From contig CAWAUM010000005.1 in assembly GCA_963785235.1 (NCBI GenBank), positions 352,001 to 416,000 of the forward strand: DNA of 64,000 bases. Reading direction: 5' to 3'. The stretch is from an uncultured delta proteobacterium. Its GTDB lineage: Bacteria > Desulfobacterota > Desulfomonilia > UBA1062. Positions 18,006-27,952 of this stretch are shown in pieces (position 1 is the stretch's first letter; each line of letters starts with the position of its first letter). A program made the translations under genes and the position numbers. The notes beneath the pieces were generated by a model. It was not told the origin of the DNA and made no database searches. It saw only the letters and a program-made list of their open reading frames with translations.

Positions 18006-19204
18006 TCATCCTTCTGGCAACCTCGGAGCATGTCAGGGAAATTGTTGCTATAGAATGCATGTCTTTTCCATCCCCATGGGATGAGGAAACTTTTATTGTT
18101 ACCCTGGAAGATACAAGGTGCAACTCATTTGTAGCAATTGAAGATGGGTTGGTTGTAGGTTACTGTCTCGCGCTGAACCTTGAAAACATGTTCCACATCC
18201 TCAATCTGGCGGTACATCCTGAATATAGAAGGCGTGGTATAGCCAGACAGCTCGTGAAAGAAATCCTTATGGACGCGGCAATAAAAGACAAGGTATATGC
18301 CGTATTAGAGGTGAGAAAAACCAATGTGCCTGCACGATCACTCTATTCATCCATGGGGTTTTCCCACATGAGCACATGGAGCAGATATTATAATGATAAT
18401 AATGAGGATGCAGCAATTATGGTGAAGGATTTACGATCCGGTATGGTTCAAGATGTGGAGTGCACTGTTATCAGAAATGTCGAGGTTGCAAACCAAACCT
18501 ATCATATTATACTTGAAGGCGAGCTGCCGTTTTCTGCACCGGGCCAGTTTTTTATGGTACAGATAAACAATGGTATGGAACCTTTTCTCAGGAGGCCATT
18601 GGCGATTCTCGGGCAAAAAAGCAACTATCAGGAGTTGCTTTATCGAATCAGGGGTGAAGGCACAAGAATCCTATCAGAGAAGAAGGAGGGAGAAACTCTC
18701 AAGGTGCTTGGCCCTCTGGGCAAAGGGTTCACACGACATGATGGGAAAAAGATAGTCTATATTGCCGGAGGAACCGGGTTTCCACCGGTTCTCTCACTTG
18801 CAGAACGAATCAAATCAGGCCATTTTATCATCGGCGCAAAGAACCGGTATGACCTGCCGTTGCTTGAGCGGATACAGGCAATCCCGAACACCGAGATTAT
18901 TATAATGACCGAGGATGGATCTCTCGGCAATAAGGGACTGGCAACGGATATTATAAGTAATGTTTTAAGGGATGGAGAGAACGGTGAAGACACCATCATT
19001 TACGCCTGCGGGCCTGTAGGCATGCTGAAGGCGGTATCAAGGCTGGCAGTCAAGACCGGCATCCTTTGTGAGATATCACTTGAAGAACGAATGTCATGCG
19101 GTTTCGGCGCCTGCACAGGCTGCGTAGTCCGGACCATAAAGGGCAACATGAGGGTCTGCAGGGAAGGGCCGGTGTTTAATGCCCTTGATATCATCTGGGA
19201 TTGA
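17993..19204 (+). CDS. rimI: Fusion of ribosomal-protein-alanine N-acetyltransferase RimI and dihydroorotate dehydrogenase electron transfer subunit PyrK
   Basis: N-terminal HILNLAVHPEYRRRGIA, LEVRKTN, YY..EDA; C-terminal LRRP, GPLGKGF, GGTG, CGP, MSCGFGACTGC...VCREGPVF. Confidence 0.9.
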   Translation: MDPVVILLATSEHVREIVAIECMSFPSPWDEETFIVTLEDTRCNSFVAIEDGLVVGYCLALNLENMFHILNLAVHPEYRRRGIARQLVKEILMDAAIKDKVYAVLEVRKTNVPARSLYSSMGFSHMSTWSRYYNDNNEDAAIMVKDLRSGMVQDVECTVIRNVEVANQTYHIILEGELPFSAPGQFFMVQINNGMEPFLRRPLAILGQKSNYQELLYRIRGEGTRILSEKKEGETLKVLGPLGKGFTRHDGKKIVYIAGGTGFPPVLSLAERIKSGHFIIGAKNRYDLPLLERIQAIPNTEIIIMTEDGSLGNKGLATDIISNVLRDGENGEDTIIYACGPVGMLKAVSRLAVKTGILCEISLEERMSCGFGACTGCVVRTIKGNMRVCREGPVFNALDIIWD

Positions 19205-20115
19205 ACGTGAATACCTCAGTAGAAATTACTCCCGGTCTTATCTTGAAGAACCCTCTCATGAGTGCTTCAGGCACCTTTGCCTATGGAGAGGAGTTTTCTG
19301 AACTTTTTGATCTGGGTATTCTTGGCGGCCTTGTTACGAAAGGGCTTTCCCTTGCCCCAAAGGAAGGCAACCCTACACCGCGGATCGTAGAGACGCACTG
19401 CGGCATGATTAATTCCATCGGGCTTGAAAATATTGGTATCCCCAGATTTATTGAGGAAAAGCTCCCGTTCCTGATGGAATATGATACCCATACAATCGTA
19501 AACTTTTTCGGCACTACTGAAGATGAGTATGTGCGAGCAGCCCAATCCCTTGACAGGCAAGGCATATCTGCCCTGGAAATGAATGTTTCATGCCCCAATG
19601 TGAAAAAGGGGGGCATCGAGTTCGGAAGAGACCCGGAAGGGCTCCATGCCCTGGTAAAAAAGGTTCGTGATGTTTGCGGAAAACCCCTGATCGTAAAGCT
19701 CTCCCCCATGGTCACTGATATCTCAGGGATTGCGCTCGCCGTTCAGGAGGCTCGCGCAGACGCCATAACCTGCATCAATACCCTGCCTGCCATGGCAATC
19801 GATGAAAAGACCCGTAGGCCTGTCCTCGGCAATATAACGGGGGGGCTTTCTGGCCCCGCCATCAAGCCGGTTGCATTGAAGATAGTCTGGGATGTGTCAC
19901 GTATCGTACATATACCCATTATAGCATCCGGCGGCATCACTTCAACCCGCGATGTCATTCAGTTCATGCTGGCTGGCGCTACGGCAGTGCAGATCGGCAG
20001 CGCAGCTCTACGAGACCCGTTCTGCTATATTGAAATCATTGATGGAATCCATGCTTATATGGAAGAATTTCATATTGAATCTGTATCAGAACTCATTGGC
20101 GCCATTGAAGCTTGA
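19201..20115 (+). CDS. pyrD: Dihydroorotate dehydrogenase (class 1B) catalytic subunit
   Basis: ASGTF, GNPTPRI, NSIGLEN, NVSCPNV, KLSP, GGLSGPAIKP. Confidence 0.96.
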   Translation: MNVNTSVEITPGLILKNPLMSASGTFAYGEEFSELFDLGILGGLVTKGLSLAPKEGNPTPRIVETHCGMINSIGLENIGIPRFIEEKLPFLMEYDTHTIVNFFGTTEDEYVRAAQSLDRQGISALEMNVSCPNVKKGGIEFGRDPEGLHALVKKVRDVCGKPLIVKLSPMVTDISGIALAVQEARADAITCINTLPAMAIDEKTRRPVLGNITGGLSGPAIKPVALKIVWDVSRIVHIPIIASGGITSTRDVIQFMLAGATAVQIGSAALRDPFCYIEIIDGIHAYMEEFHIESVSELIGAIEA

Positions 20116-20252
20116 TATAAACCTTCCTTTGTAACAGGCATAGGACTTCATGAAGGATCTCCCTTATATGGATATCCTTTTGATGGACTTTTTTACTCAT
20201 GCCATCAGACAGAAAAGAATGGAATGGATTGTATTGGGAGAGAGGTCTCAAA

Positions 20253-22538
20253 ATGCTCAGCGATATCGGCAGATCAAACCCTCTTGTTATCGTATTCGTC
20301 TCGCTCTGTAGCGGAATTCTCTTTTGGCTGCATGACTTCCCTGCGCTGATTTTAAGTGTAATTATCCTTTCCAGTCTCATCTCAAGGTCAAGGATCATAC
20401 ATACTGTCATAGGGATAATACTAGGTGTTGTATCAATATGGCTTGCCCCTTCATGGGTGGATCTTGACGAAGGCCTGCATACCATTGACGGGGTTGTGTC
20501 CTCATCCGAGTTTGGGGAAGGCACGTACAGGATGATTCTGAAAAATGTCATAGTGGATGGAAGAAAAGTGAGTGGGCATGCCCAGTTGAGTGTCTACCGG
20601 GAAGTAGTTGATCTAGCCTCTGGTTCAGTTGTGAGAGCTGTCGCACGGTTCAAGGCTCGCATGGGATTCGGCAATCAAGATGAGTTTGACTATAAACGAT
20701 TTCTCCTGTCCAAAGGCATTGTGATGAAGGGTATTGTAATAAGCCCTTATGACCTTACCATAAAGCGATATCTCAATCCATACGGTCTTAAACACAAAGT
20801 AAACACGTCATTATCAAAGCTTGCGAGTCCTGAGGCCGAGGTATTGAAAGCCATGCTTACCGGAGATACATCCGGCATAACAGATTCCATACAGGACAGC
20901 TTCAATTCTCTTGGCATCTCCCACCTTATCGCCATTTCCGGGCTCAATATGGCCATCATCATGATTATTGGTTACACAATTATCTTCAGCCTCTTGAGGA
21001 TTATTCCCCCTGTGGCTCTGCGGCTAGATGCCCCTCTTATAGCACAGGTCGGAGCCGTTATGGCTGTTGTCATCTATACCCTGTTCGTAGGACCTAATAT
21101 CCCGACATTACGGGCTGCGATCATGGCCTGTTGTGTAATTTTAAGTTTCTTCCTGCACCGGAAACCTCAAGTCCTTGAAAGCCTAGCATTTGCCGGTATC
21201 ATCATCCTTATTTTCTGGCCTTATTCTCTCTATTCAGCCAGTTTCTTACTCACGTTTGCAGCGGTCCTGGGGATTATCGGAACAATCCAAAAGGGTGCAG
21301 CGTTGCCGCAATGGTCAACTCTCATTACCATACCTATCATTGTTGCCGTATTCACCATGCCCATCATCATCTACCTTTTCGGGTTCATCTCCTGGACAGG
21401 TATCATTGTAAACATTCTCATAGTACCCTTCTTCAGTATCGCAATTATGCCCCTCGGGATAGCGGGACTCTTCGTTTTTCCTTTTTCGAGTCCATGTGCT
21501 TCCTATTTGTTCTCGCTTGCCAACCATGCCATTGGTATTTTGATTATGATGAGCCATAGCTTAGGCACCTTGATCGCTATTCCGAGACCTCCGATCTATT
21601 GGGTTTATTCCTGTTATGGAGGTCTTATCATTGCTTTTTTTGCTGCAAAATCCTCCCTACGAACCTTATTGCTGATAGCATTTTGCCTTGCAATTGTGTT
21701 CATACCAATAATTCAACACCGCATTGACATAGAAAGATCCCTTTGTTTTGATTTCATCAGCGTAGGCCAGGGTGATAGTATTCTTGTAACCAAAGGGCCC
21801 CATGCAGCGCTCATAGATGCCGGCCCGGCACAAACAGGGTTTGACATGGGAAGGCACGTTGTAACCCCGCACCTGCTTCGAAGGGGTATTGCCGCACTGG
21901 ATCTGGTAATCATCACCCATATGCACCCTGACCACTCAGGCGGTATTCCGTATATGCTTGAGAGATTCCCCATTAAAGAGGTATGGACAAATGCTTCTCA
22001 GATTGACAATCCCAATTTTCAGGAAATTTTGCGTATAACGAATGAAAAATCCATTCCCATGAAAAGTGTCTGTCTTGGAGATAACCTCCATCTGGGAAGC
22101 CTGGCTATTGATGTCCTGAATCCTCTGACACGGCTTGATACCCCAAAGGGGAAACTGGATATGAACATGCAATCTGTTGTGGTACTGGCAAGCGATGGAA
22201 ACATGAAGGGACTCTTCATGGGTGATGCGGACATGTTCGGCGAACTGATTGTTTCGCATCTGCAAATGGACATTAATGCCGACGTGCTCAAGGTTTCCCA
22301 CCATGGCGGAGAGAGGTCATGCCTTGATCCGTTTCTGGATAAAGTCAAGCCTAAAATTGCTGTTATCTCCTGCGGCCTGAATAATGTATATGGTGATCCA
22401 TCCCCTGAATCCATAAAACGGCTTGAAAAACGGAGGATAAAAACGTACAGGACAGACCAGCAGGGAGAGATAATGATTACATCTTTGTCACAGGGATTCA
22501 ATGTTAAGTCAGGCCATCCACTTGCCGATAATCAATAG
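20253..22538 (+). CDS. comEC: DNA internalization competence protein ComEC/Rec2
   Basis: GISHLIAISGLN competence domain, VGQGDS, THMHPDHSGG metallo-beta-lactamase, YRTDQQG; ATG20253 follows a GAGAGG RBS. Confidence 0.94.
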   Translation: MLSDIGRSNPLVIVFVSLCSGILFWLHDFPALILSVIILSSLISRSRIIHTVIGIILGVVSIWLAPSWVDLDEGLHTIDGVVSSSEFGEGTYRMILKNVIVDGRKVSGHAQLSVYREVVDLASGSVVRAVARFKARMGFGNQDEFDYKRFLLSKGIVMKGIVISPYDLTIKRYLNPYGLKHKVNTSLSKLASPEAEVLKAMLTGDTSGITDSIQDSFNSLGISHLIAISGLNMAIIMIIGYTIIFSLLRIIPPVALRLDAPLIAQVGAVMAVVIYTLFVGPNIPTLRAAIMACCVILSFFLHRKPQVLESLAFAGIIILIFWPYSLYSASFLLTFAAVLGIIGTIQKGAALPQWSTLITIPIIVAVFTMPIIIYLFGFISWTGIIVNILIVPFFSIAIMPLGIAGLFVFPFSSPCASYLFSLANHAIGILIMMSHSLGTLIAIPRPPIYWVYSCYGGLIIAFFAAKSSLRTLLLIAFCLAIVFIPIIQHRIDIERSLCFDFISVGQGDSILVTKGPHAALIDAGPAQTGFDMGRHVVTPHLLRRGIAALDLVIITHMHPDHSGGIPYMLERFPIKEVWTNASQIDNPNFQEILRITNEKSIPMKSVCLGDNLHLGSLAIDVLNPLTRLDTPKGKLDMNMQSVVVLASDGNMKGLFMGDADMFGELIVSHLQMDINADVLKVSHHGGERSCLDPFLDKVKPKIAVISCGLNNVYGDPSPESIKRLEKRRIKTYRTDQQGEIMITSLSQGFNVKSGHPLADNQ
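22505..22531 (+). promoter_or_regulatory. Sigma-28 (FliA)-type promoter upstream of the minor pilin operon
   Basis: TAAG-N15-GCCGATAA; perfect -10 octamer with canonical spacing, about 30 nt before the first pilin gene. Confidence 0.6.
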
Positions 22539-22559
22539 GAAGGACTAGGGGGGCTTGGA

Positions 22560-23057
22560 TTGTACAAAAAATGTTGTCAGAATAAGCCATCAAACAACAA
22601 AGCAGGGTTCACCCTTCTTGAGCTGATGGTAGTGATAGTAATCATCGGTATCGCTGTTGCCGTAGCCATACCCAGCATGAGCGGCTGGTTTGGCAAGAAA
22701 GATCTTGATTCCATATCACGGCAAATCTTCACCGATTTCCAACGAGCGAAGAACGAGGCTATAACCACTGGTAGAACGATACAGATCCAGGTTCATATGG
22801 ATCCAGACTGGTACAGAGTATTATATACGAGCAGTGGTGCTGATATTGACATTGTTTCACAGACGAATATGCCGCAGGGCATTACTATCGATAGCACTAC
22901 TTTCCCCCTAAGTGCGATAGGTAATACAACAGGTATAACACCGAGGGGTTTCGCAACTCAACAAGGCACTGTAACTATACGCAGCGATAATGCCCCTACA
23001 GCCAACAGAGATAGGACTATAACCCTTACACGCGGTGGTGTGGTGAGTATTGAATAA
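22560..23057 (+). CDS. fimT: Type IV minor pilin, FimT/FimU (GspH-like)
   Basis: Class III signal AG|FTLLELMVV. Confidence 0.85.
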   Translation: MYKKCCQNKPSNNKAGFTLLELMVVIVIIGIAVAVAIPSMSGWFGKKDLDSISRQIFTDFQRAKNEAITTGRTIQIQVHMDPDWYRVLYTSSGADIDIVSQTNMPQGITIDSTTFPLSAIGNTTGITPRGFATQQGTVTIRSDNAPTANRDRTITLTRGGVVSIE

Positions 23058-23680
23058 TGATGAAAACTCTCCTGTTATCAGACAATAAAGGCCTTACGCT
23101 CGTAGAGCTCATGGTCGTTATGGTCCTGTCGCTTCTGCTCATGGCGGCAGTGTATATGACCTACCAGCTTCAGCACGCATCAGGTCAGTCCCAGACACAG
23201 GTGACAGCCACTCAGCAGGACTTAAGGGCTGCAATGGATATTATATCCCATGATATCATGCATGCCGGATTAAACCCGACCTTCGCTACTATTCAGGGCA
23301 TACCTGCCAACACAAGTGGGGCAGCATTGCTTGAGAGTGTGATGGATCTGAACAGTAATGGTGCGACAAATGGTATTGCAAATGCCGGTGAACATATCCG
23401 TTACCAAATTAATGCAAATAGACAACTAGAGCGTGTTGACATCAATGCCGGTGTCACCCAGGTCATTGCAAATAATGTAACCCAGCTTGCATTTTCCTAC
23501 TTTGGAACACAATATACGGTCATCAATCCAACAGGCCCAGGGGGTACACTCAACAACAATGAAGCGAACTCAGTGAGATATGTCAATTTGACCATCACAA
23601 AGGAAAGTGATCAAATTGACTCGCAGACAGGCCTCCCCATTACCAGAGCCCTTCAGAGAACTATTTGCAGGCGAAATTAG
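23057..23680 (+). CDS. pilW: Type IV minor pilin, PilW-like
   Basis: KG|LTLVELMV, QQDLRAAMD..DIMHAG, C-terminal RN. Confidence 0.82.
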   Translation: MMKTLLLSDNKGLTLVELMVVMVLSLLLMAAVYMTYQLQHASGQSQTQVTATQQDLRAAMDIISHDIMHAGLNPTFATIQGIPANTSGAALLESVMDLNSNGATNGIANAGEHIRYQINANRQLERVDINAGVTQVIANNVTQLAFSYFGTQYTVINPTGPGGTLNNNEANSVRYVNLTITKESDQIDSQTGLPITRALQRTICRRN

Positions 23681-23697
23681 CTATCGAGACGACACAT

Positions 23698-24105
23698 ATG
23701 AATAATGATAAAATTCATCCCGAACCTAAAAAATCAGGCGGTTTCAGCCTTATTGAACTCGTTGTTGCCATACTTGTGTTTTCCATCGGCATAGTAGGTA
23801 TCATGAAGATGCACCAGGCTTCAGTTCAGTCAAATGCCTACAGCATGCAGCTTACCCAGGCGTTGAACGTAGCAGACAGTGAACTCGAGTTCCTCCGGGG
23901 ACTTCCTTTTACCCACAGTTCCATGTCCATAGGTGCTCATAATCCGCCGGTACCTGTTACCTTGATGGGTGTCCCATATAACGTGTCATGGGTAGTCACA
24001 TTACAGGCAGGTAATCTTGCAAGGGACGTGAATCTCCTGGTGACATGGCAGGAAAAGGCCATAGCTCACCAGCTCAATATACCGGCATCATTGACCGAGT
24101 TCTGA
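23698..24105 (+). CDS. pilV: Type IV minor pilin, PilV-like
   Basis: GG|FSLIELVVAILVFSIGIVG, VTW. Confidence 0.82.
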   Translation: MNNDKIHPEPKKSGGFSLIELVVAILVFSIGIVGIMKMHQASVQSNAYSMQLTQALNVADSELEFLRGLPFTHSSMSIGAHNPPVPVTLMGVPYNVSWVVTLQAGNLARDVNLLVTWQEKAIAHQLNIPASLTEF

Positions 24106-24133
24106 TTATGGGACAAACCAGGGAGCCATTGAT

Positions 24134-24571
24134 ATGATAAAAAATGTCTTGAAAGATGAAAAAGGCATGGTTCTCGTACTCGTGCTCATTGTCCTGGTTG
24201 CCTCGATCATTATGGGTGTCATGATCATCCGGAGTGCATCCCTGGAGTCGAGGATGGCCGGTAACGAACGCAGGTACCTCGAAAATTTTGCAGATATTGA
24301 AAGCGCCATGAACCTTGCCCTGGTTCAGAACACGGCATCACTGGCAGCAGTTTCCGATATTATAAACAGTTCCTATGTCAATACTTCCGGTTATCTGCCT
24401 TCAGGGACAAGGGTCACCATAACACTTACCAATATTAAGAAGCCACCAGTGGGGAAAGGTTTCGACCCTTCCCAACGGGCCAGGTATTATAACTTCCAGG
24501 CAACTGACAGTGAAGATGAACAGCGTGTTACTGTTGGAGCTTACAAGGTCTTCCCACCGACCACTCAATAG
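24134..24571 (+). CDS. pilX: Type IV minor pilin, PilX-like
   Basis: KG|MVLVLVL without Glu5, LESRMAGNER. Confidence 0.82.
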   Translation: MIKNVLKDEKGMVLVLVLIVLVASIIMGVMIIRSASLESRMAGNERRYLENFADIESAMNLALVQNTASLAAVSDIINSSYVNTSGYLPSGTRVTITLTNIKKPPVGKGFDPSQRARYYNFQATDSEDEQRVTVGAYKVFPPTTQ

Positions 24572-24605
24572 GGAGTGAGCACGATCAATAAAAAGGAGTG
24601 GTGAT

Positions 24606-25235
24606 ATGCTTAAAAGAGCCCTCACATTCGGCATCGCCTGTTTCATAGTTTCTTTCTTTGGTACTGTCCATGCTGAAGATACCGAGATCTTCGGCGGTGG
24701 TGCAATAAATATTCCGCCGAACGTTCTCATCATCTTCGACACTTCTGGAAGTATGGATGAATATGTGACCGTCCAGGGGTCCAGTGACCCGTATGACCCG
24801 AACATTGCTTATTCGGGCAGTTACAGCCGCAGGTGGCTCTATAGAACGGACGATGGTAATTGGTGGTACCAGGACATCTACATAGGGACCAATGAAGATG
24901 TGGATTCAGATGAGATCGCCTGTCAGGAAGTCAGGGATATCCTCAATACCCAGGGACACTGGCTGGGTACGATCAATACCAGAAATACGTATTCCTGCAC
25001 CGGTACTAGGATGCGCGACAGGCACTGGAGAACCGGCAATTATCGCAATTATCTCCAGAGCCAGGGTCCTCAATCCAGGAAAAAGATCAATGTGGCCAAG
25101 GATACCATCAAGAACCTTATCGATACCACCACCGGAGTGTCCGCTTCGGACTTATGGTCTTCAACTACAGTGAGGGCGGACATTTGGTGGCCCCGTGCGC
25201 TGACCGGAATACACAGGCACAGAAGGACGCTCTGA
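24606..25235 (+). CDS. pilY1: PilY1-like adhesin, N-terminal fragment (frameshift at about 25137-25140)
   Basis: Signal peptide, PNVLIIFDTSGSM vWA MIDAS motif; corrected frame reads TGVRFGLMVFN. Confidence 0.8.
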   Translation: MLKRALTFGIACFIVSFFGTVHAEDTEIFGGGAINIPPNVLIIFDTSGSMDEYVTVQGSSDPYDPNIAYSGSYSRRWLYRTDDGNWWYQDIYIGTNEDVDSDEIACQEVRDILNTQGHWLGTINTRNTYSCTGTRMRDRHWRTGNYRNYLQSQGPQSRKKINVAKDTIKNLIDTTTGVSASDLWSSTTVRADIWWPRALTGIHRHRRTL

Positions 25236-27568
25236 AGAGTATCATCGATGGATTCAGTGCTAGCGGATGGACCCCCCTTGCAGAGACCCTGGCTGAGGCG
25301 GGTCTATATTTTGCGCGGCAGCCCTCCTGGTTCGATACGAATGTGGATTACTCCGACCCCAGCGACTTCGGAGGTACCGAACACGCTGTCTTGTGGAGAT
25401 GCCAGAAGAACTATGTCATTGTCATGACTGACGGTGAATCAACACAGGACAGAAACTCCATCCTTACAGCAGCGAATTATATGTATAACAAATCCATTGG
25501 TGATTATGATCAGGATGTGGGTGCACTCGCTGATGGGAAACATACAAGCGAGTACTACTGGATGGACAGCGCCACCCACCAGACTGCATACTCCGATAGC
25601 GGCAGCGATTACCTTGATGACGTGGCCAAGTTCCTCAATGTCAACGACCTTCTCCCTGCGAGTGTTCACGACTCGAGTGGCGTCTCTTTCGACCACAGCG
25701 ATTTTCCTGAGCAGAACATCAAGACCTACACCATCGGATTCGATATCGACCACAAACTGCTCAGTGACACCGGTATTAACGGCCAGGGCAACTACTACAC
25801 CACGGGTGGCACTGTCAGCCTCTCAGATATTTTTGAAAGGATCATCAGCGGCATCCTTGCGGTCAATTCCCAGTTCGTATCACCGGTTGTTCCGGTGAAC
25901 AGGATTAACCGTACCTATGCCGACAACGGGTTATATCTGGGTATTTTCGCACCCGACAACAACTTCAACGGCCTCTGGAAAGGGAATATCAAGAAGTTCG
26001 GGTTCAGCAAGGATGGAGTAATCCTCGATCGGGATGGAAATCCAGCGACAAACTCGACAGGAACCATCATGGATGTTGCCAATTCCGCCTGGGTGGATAT
26101 TAGCGGAAACGAGGGAATGCAGGTGGACATAGGTGGAGTCGGACAGGTTCTCAAGACCCAGACCACGAGGTACTTCAAGACATTCAAGCCTGGTACCGGT
26201 GCAGGCACGGGAGACATCACCTTCGGCTCATCAACCATCCTGCCGTCAGACCTCGGGTTGTGCTCCTCTGCGGATGATACGCTTGCCGACAACATCAACA
26301 GGCGTAACGACCTCATGGGTTTTGTCACAGCAAGCGGCATCTATGCCCCGAATGGAACCAAGCCCCGGTCGTGGATACTGGGCGACATCATTCATTCCCA
26401 GCCGGCTATCCTCTACGACCGGCCAAACAACAGGAACGTGCTCTTCGTAGGTGCCAATGACGGATTCCTGCACTGCTTTGTGGACTGGGACAAGGGAATT
26501 CCCTCTGGAGCGACACAAAACGACCTATCGGATGATGAGGTGAGTGAGGCCTGGGCCTTTGTCCCTTGGGATCTCCTGCCGAATCTCCAATACCTGCCTT
26601 CATCTTCCGATCCATCCACAAACCTGATAACAGGAGACACCATTCATGATTATTTTGTGGATGGCTCTCCGGAGGTGTACAAGATAGACACTTCCACATA
26701 CTTGGCATTCGGGCTCAGACGAGGTGGCAGAAACATAACAACGGGTACGGAGTTTCAGAACCAGTATTTCATCCTCAATATCACTAATTACAGCACACCA
26801 AGTTATGTATCGGGTATTTCAAAGAGTATCCTGGGTACGGAGATGCTCGGTCAGTCCTGGGCCCAACCCTATTTCTGCACCATAAAGACCGGTACCGGTG
26901 AGAGTGACAAGGCAAAGGTCCTCCTTTTAACAGGCGGTTACGACACTAATCAGGACAATGACGACCCAGGGGTCAGTGACAGCAAGGGGCGGGCCGTTTT
27001 TGCAGTAAATGCCTCCAGTGGATCCCTCATGACAAGCCTGAATTTCAACAACAACAACTACACTAAGATGAAGTACAGTATGGTGGATCTTAAGTCATAT
27101 GATGACAACGATGACGGCTGTGACGATGTCATTTACGCACCCTCTCTGGGAGGAGACCTCTTTGTTTTCGACGATGCAAAGACAGGTGCGGTCAACAATG
27201 GCGTCTGGTCGAACAGACTTCTCTTCCAGGCTGCGAAACAGGATGGAAGCACCAGTAAACTGAGGAAGTTCTTTTATTCGCCCGGAATCGCTCAGGAGAT
27301 CTGGGGGGACTATGTCTACATCGGAAGCGGAGATCGCGAGAACCCCCCAAGTACAACCGTGATTAACCGGTTTTATGCCATTAAAAACACATGGCCTGAG
27401 ACCTGGAATGACAACAGCCCCATCACCGACACAAACCTCACTGATGTCACGGCTGATGTCCTCCAGGGGACTGTTCCCAGCCCATCTGCAATGACGGAAG
27501 AAGAAAAATCAACGTACCGTTCAGACCTTAAACTTGTCTACCAATCCGGGATGGTATATCGATCTTGA
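25154..27568 (+). CDS. pilY1: PilY1-like adhesin, central fragment
   Basis: TPLAETLAEA, MTDGE, LGDIIHSQP, GANDGFLH, VDGSP, Ca-binding DDNDDGCDD, GSGDRE. Confidence 0.88.
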   Translation: MVFNYSEGGHLVAPCADRNTQAQKDALKSIIDGFSASGWTPLAETLAEAGLYFARQPSWFDTNVDYSDPSDFGGTEHAVLWRCQKNYVIVMTDGESTQDRNSILTAANYMYNKSIGDYDQDVGALADGKHTSEYYWMDSATHQTAYSDSGSDYLDDVAKFLNVNDLLPASVHDSSGVSFDHSDFPEQNIKTYTIGFDIDHKLLSDTGINGQGNYYTTGGTVSLSDIFERIISGILAVNSQFVSPVVPVNRINRTYADNGLYLGIFAPDNNFNGLWKGNIKKFGFSKDGVILDRDGNPATNSTGTIMDVANSAWVDISGNEGMQVDIGGVGQVLKTQTTRYFKTFKPGTGAGTGDITFGSSTILPSDLGLCSSADDTLADNINRRNDLMGFVTASGIYAPNGTKPRSWILGDIIHSQPAILYDRPNNRNVLFVGANDGFLHCFVDWDKGIPSGATQNDLSDDEVSEAWAFVPWDLLPNLQYLPSSSDPSTNLITGDTIHDYFVDGSPEVYKIDTSTYLAFGLRRGGRNITTGTEFQNQYFILNITNYSTPSYVSGISKSILGTEMLGQSWAQPYFCTIKTGTGESDKAKVLLLTGGYDTNQDNDDPGVSDSKGRAVFAVNASSGSLMTSLNFNNNNYTKMKYSMVDLKSYDDNDDGCDDVIYAPSLGGDLFVFDDAKTGAVNNGVWSNRLLFQAAKQDGSTSKLRKFFYSPGIAQEIWGDYVYIGSGDRENPPSTTVINRFYAIKNTWPETWNDNSPITDTNLTDVTADVLQGTVPSPSAMTEEEKSTYRSDLKLVYQSGMVYRS

Positions 27569-27941
27569 AGGTTCCGGTGAAAAGGTCGTTTCATCCCCCC
27601 TCGTGTACAACAAGGTGGTCTATTTTACCACATTTGTACCGACCACCTCTGCGTTAACAGGCGAGGATAAATGCGCCGGCGGGACAGGTTCGGGAGAGGG
27701 AAGACTCTACGCCGTCGATTACCTGACCGGTGAAGCGGTATTCAACTACTTCGACGGGATCAATGAAAAGCTCACGAAGGAGGACAGGTTTGTTAGTCTC
27801 GGTAGCGGCATCCCGTCACAGCCATCACTTGTCGTCACCGAACGTGGAACATTCATAGTCGTTGGTACGGAAAAGGGGACAAGCTCATTCAATACCAACG
27901 ATAAGAGTACTATTACCCGGTTCTTCTGGCAGAAACAGTAG
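27534..27941 (+). CDS. pilY1: PilY1-like adhesin, C-terminal fragment (frameshift at about 27530-27532)
   Basis: GWYIDL, GEKVVSSP, VYFTTFVP, GIPS, C-terminal WQKQ. Confidence 0.82.
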   Translation: MSTNPGWYIDLEGSGEKVVSSPLVYNKVVYFTTFVPTTSALTGEDKCAGGTGSGEGRLYAVDYLTGEAVFNYFDGINEKLTKEDRFVSLGSGIPSQPSLVVTERGTFIVVGTEKGTSSFNTNDKSTITRFFWQKQ

Positions 27942-27952
27942 CGAAAGGGGGA

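Noticed and set aside
25130-27540. Programmed frameshifting or phase variation in pilY1
   Set aside because: No slippery heptamer or long simple-sequence tract is present at either site; sequencing error is more parsimonious.
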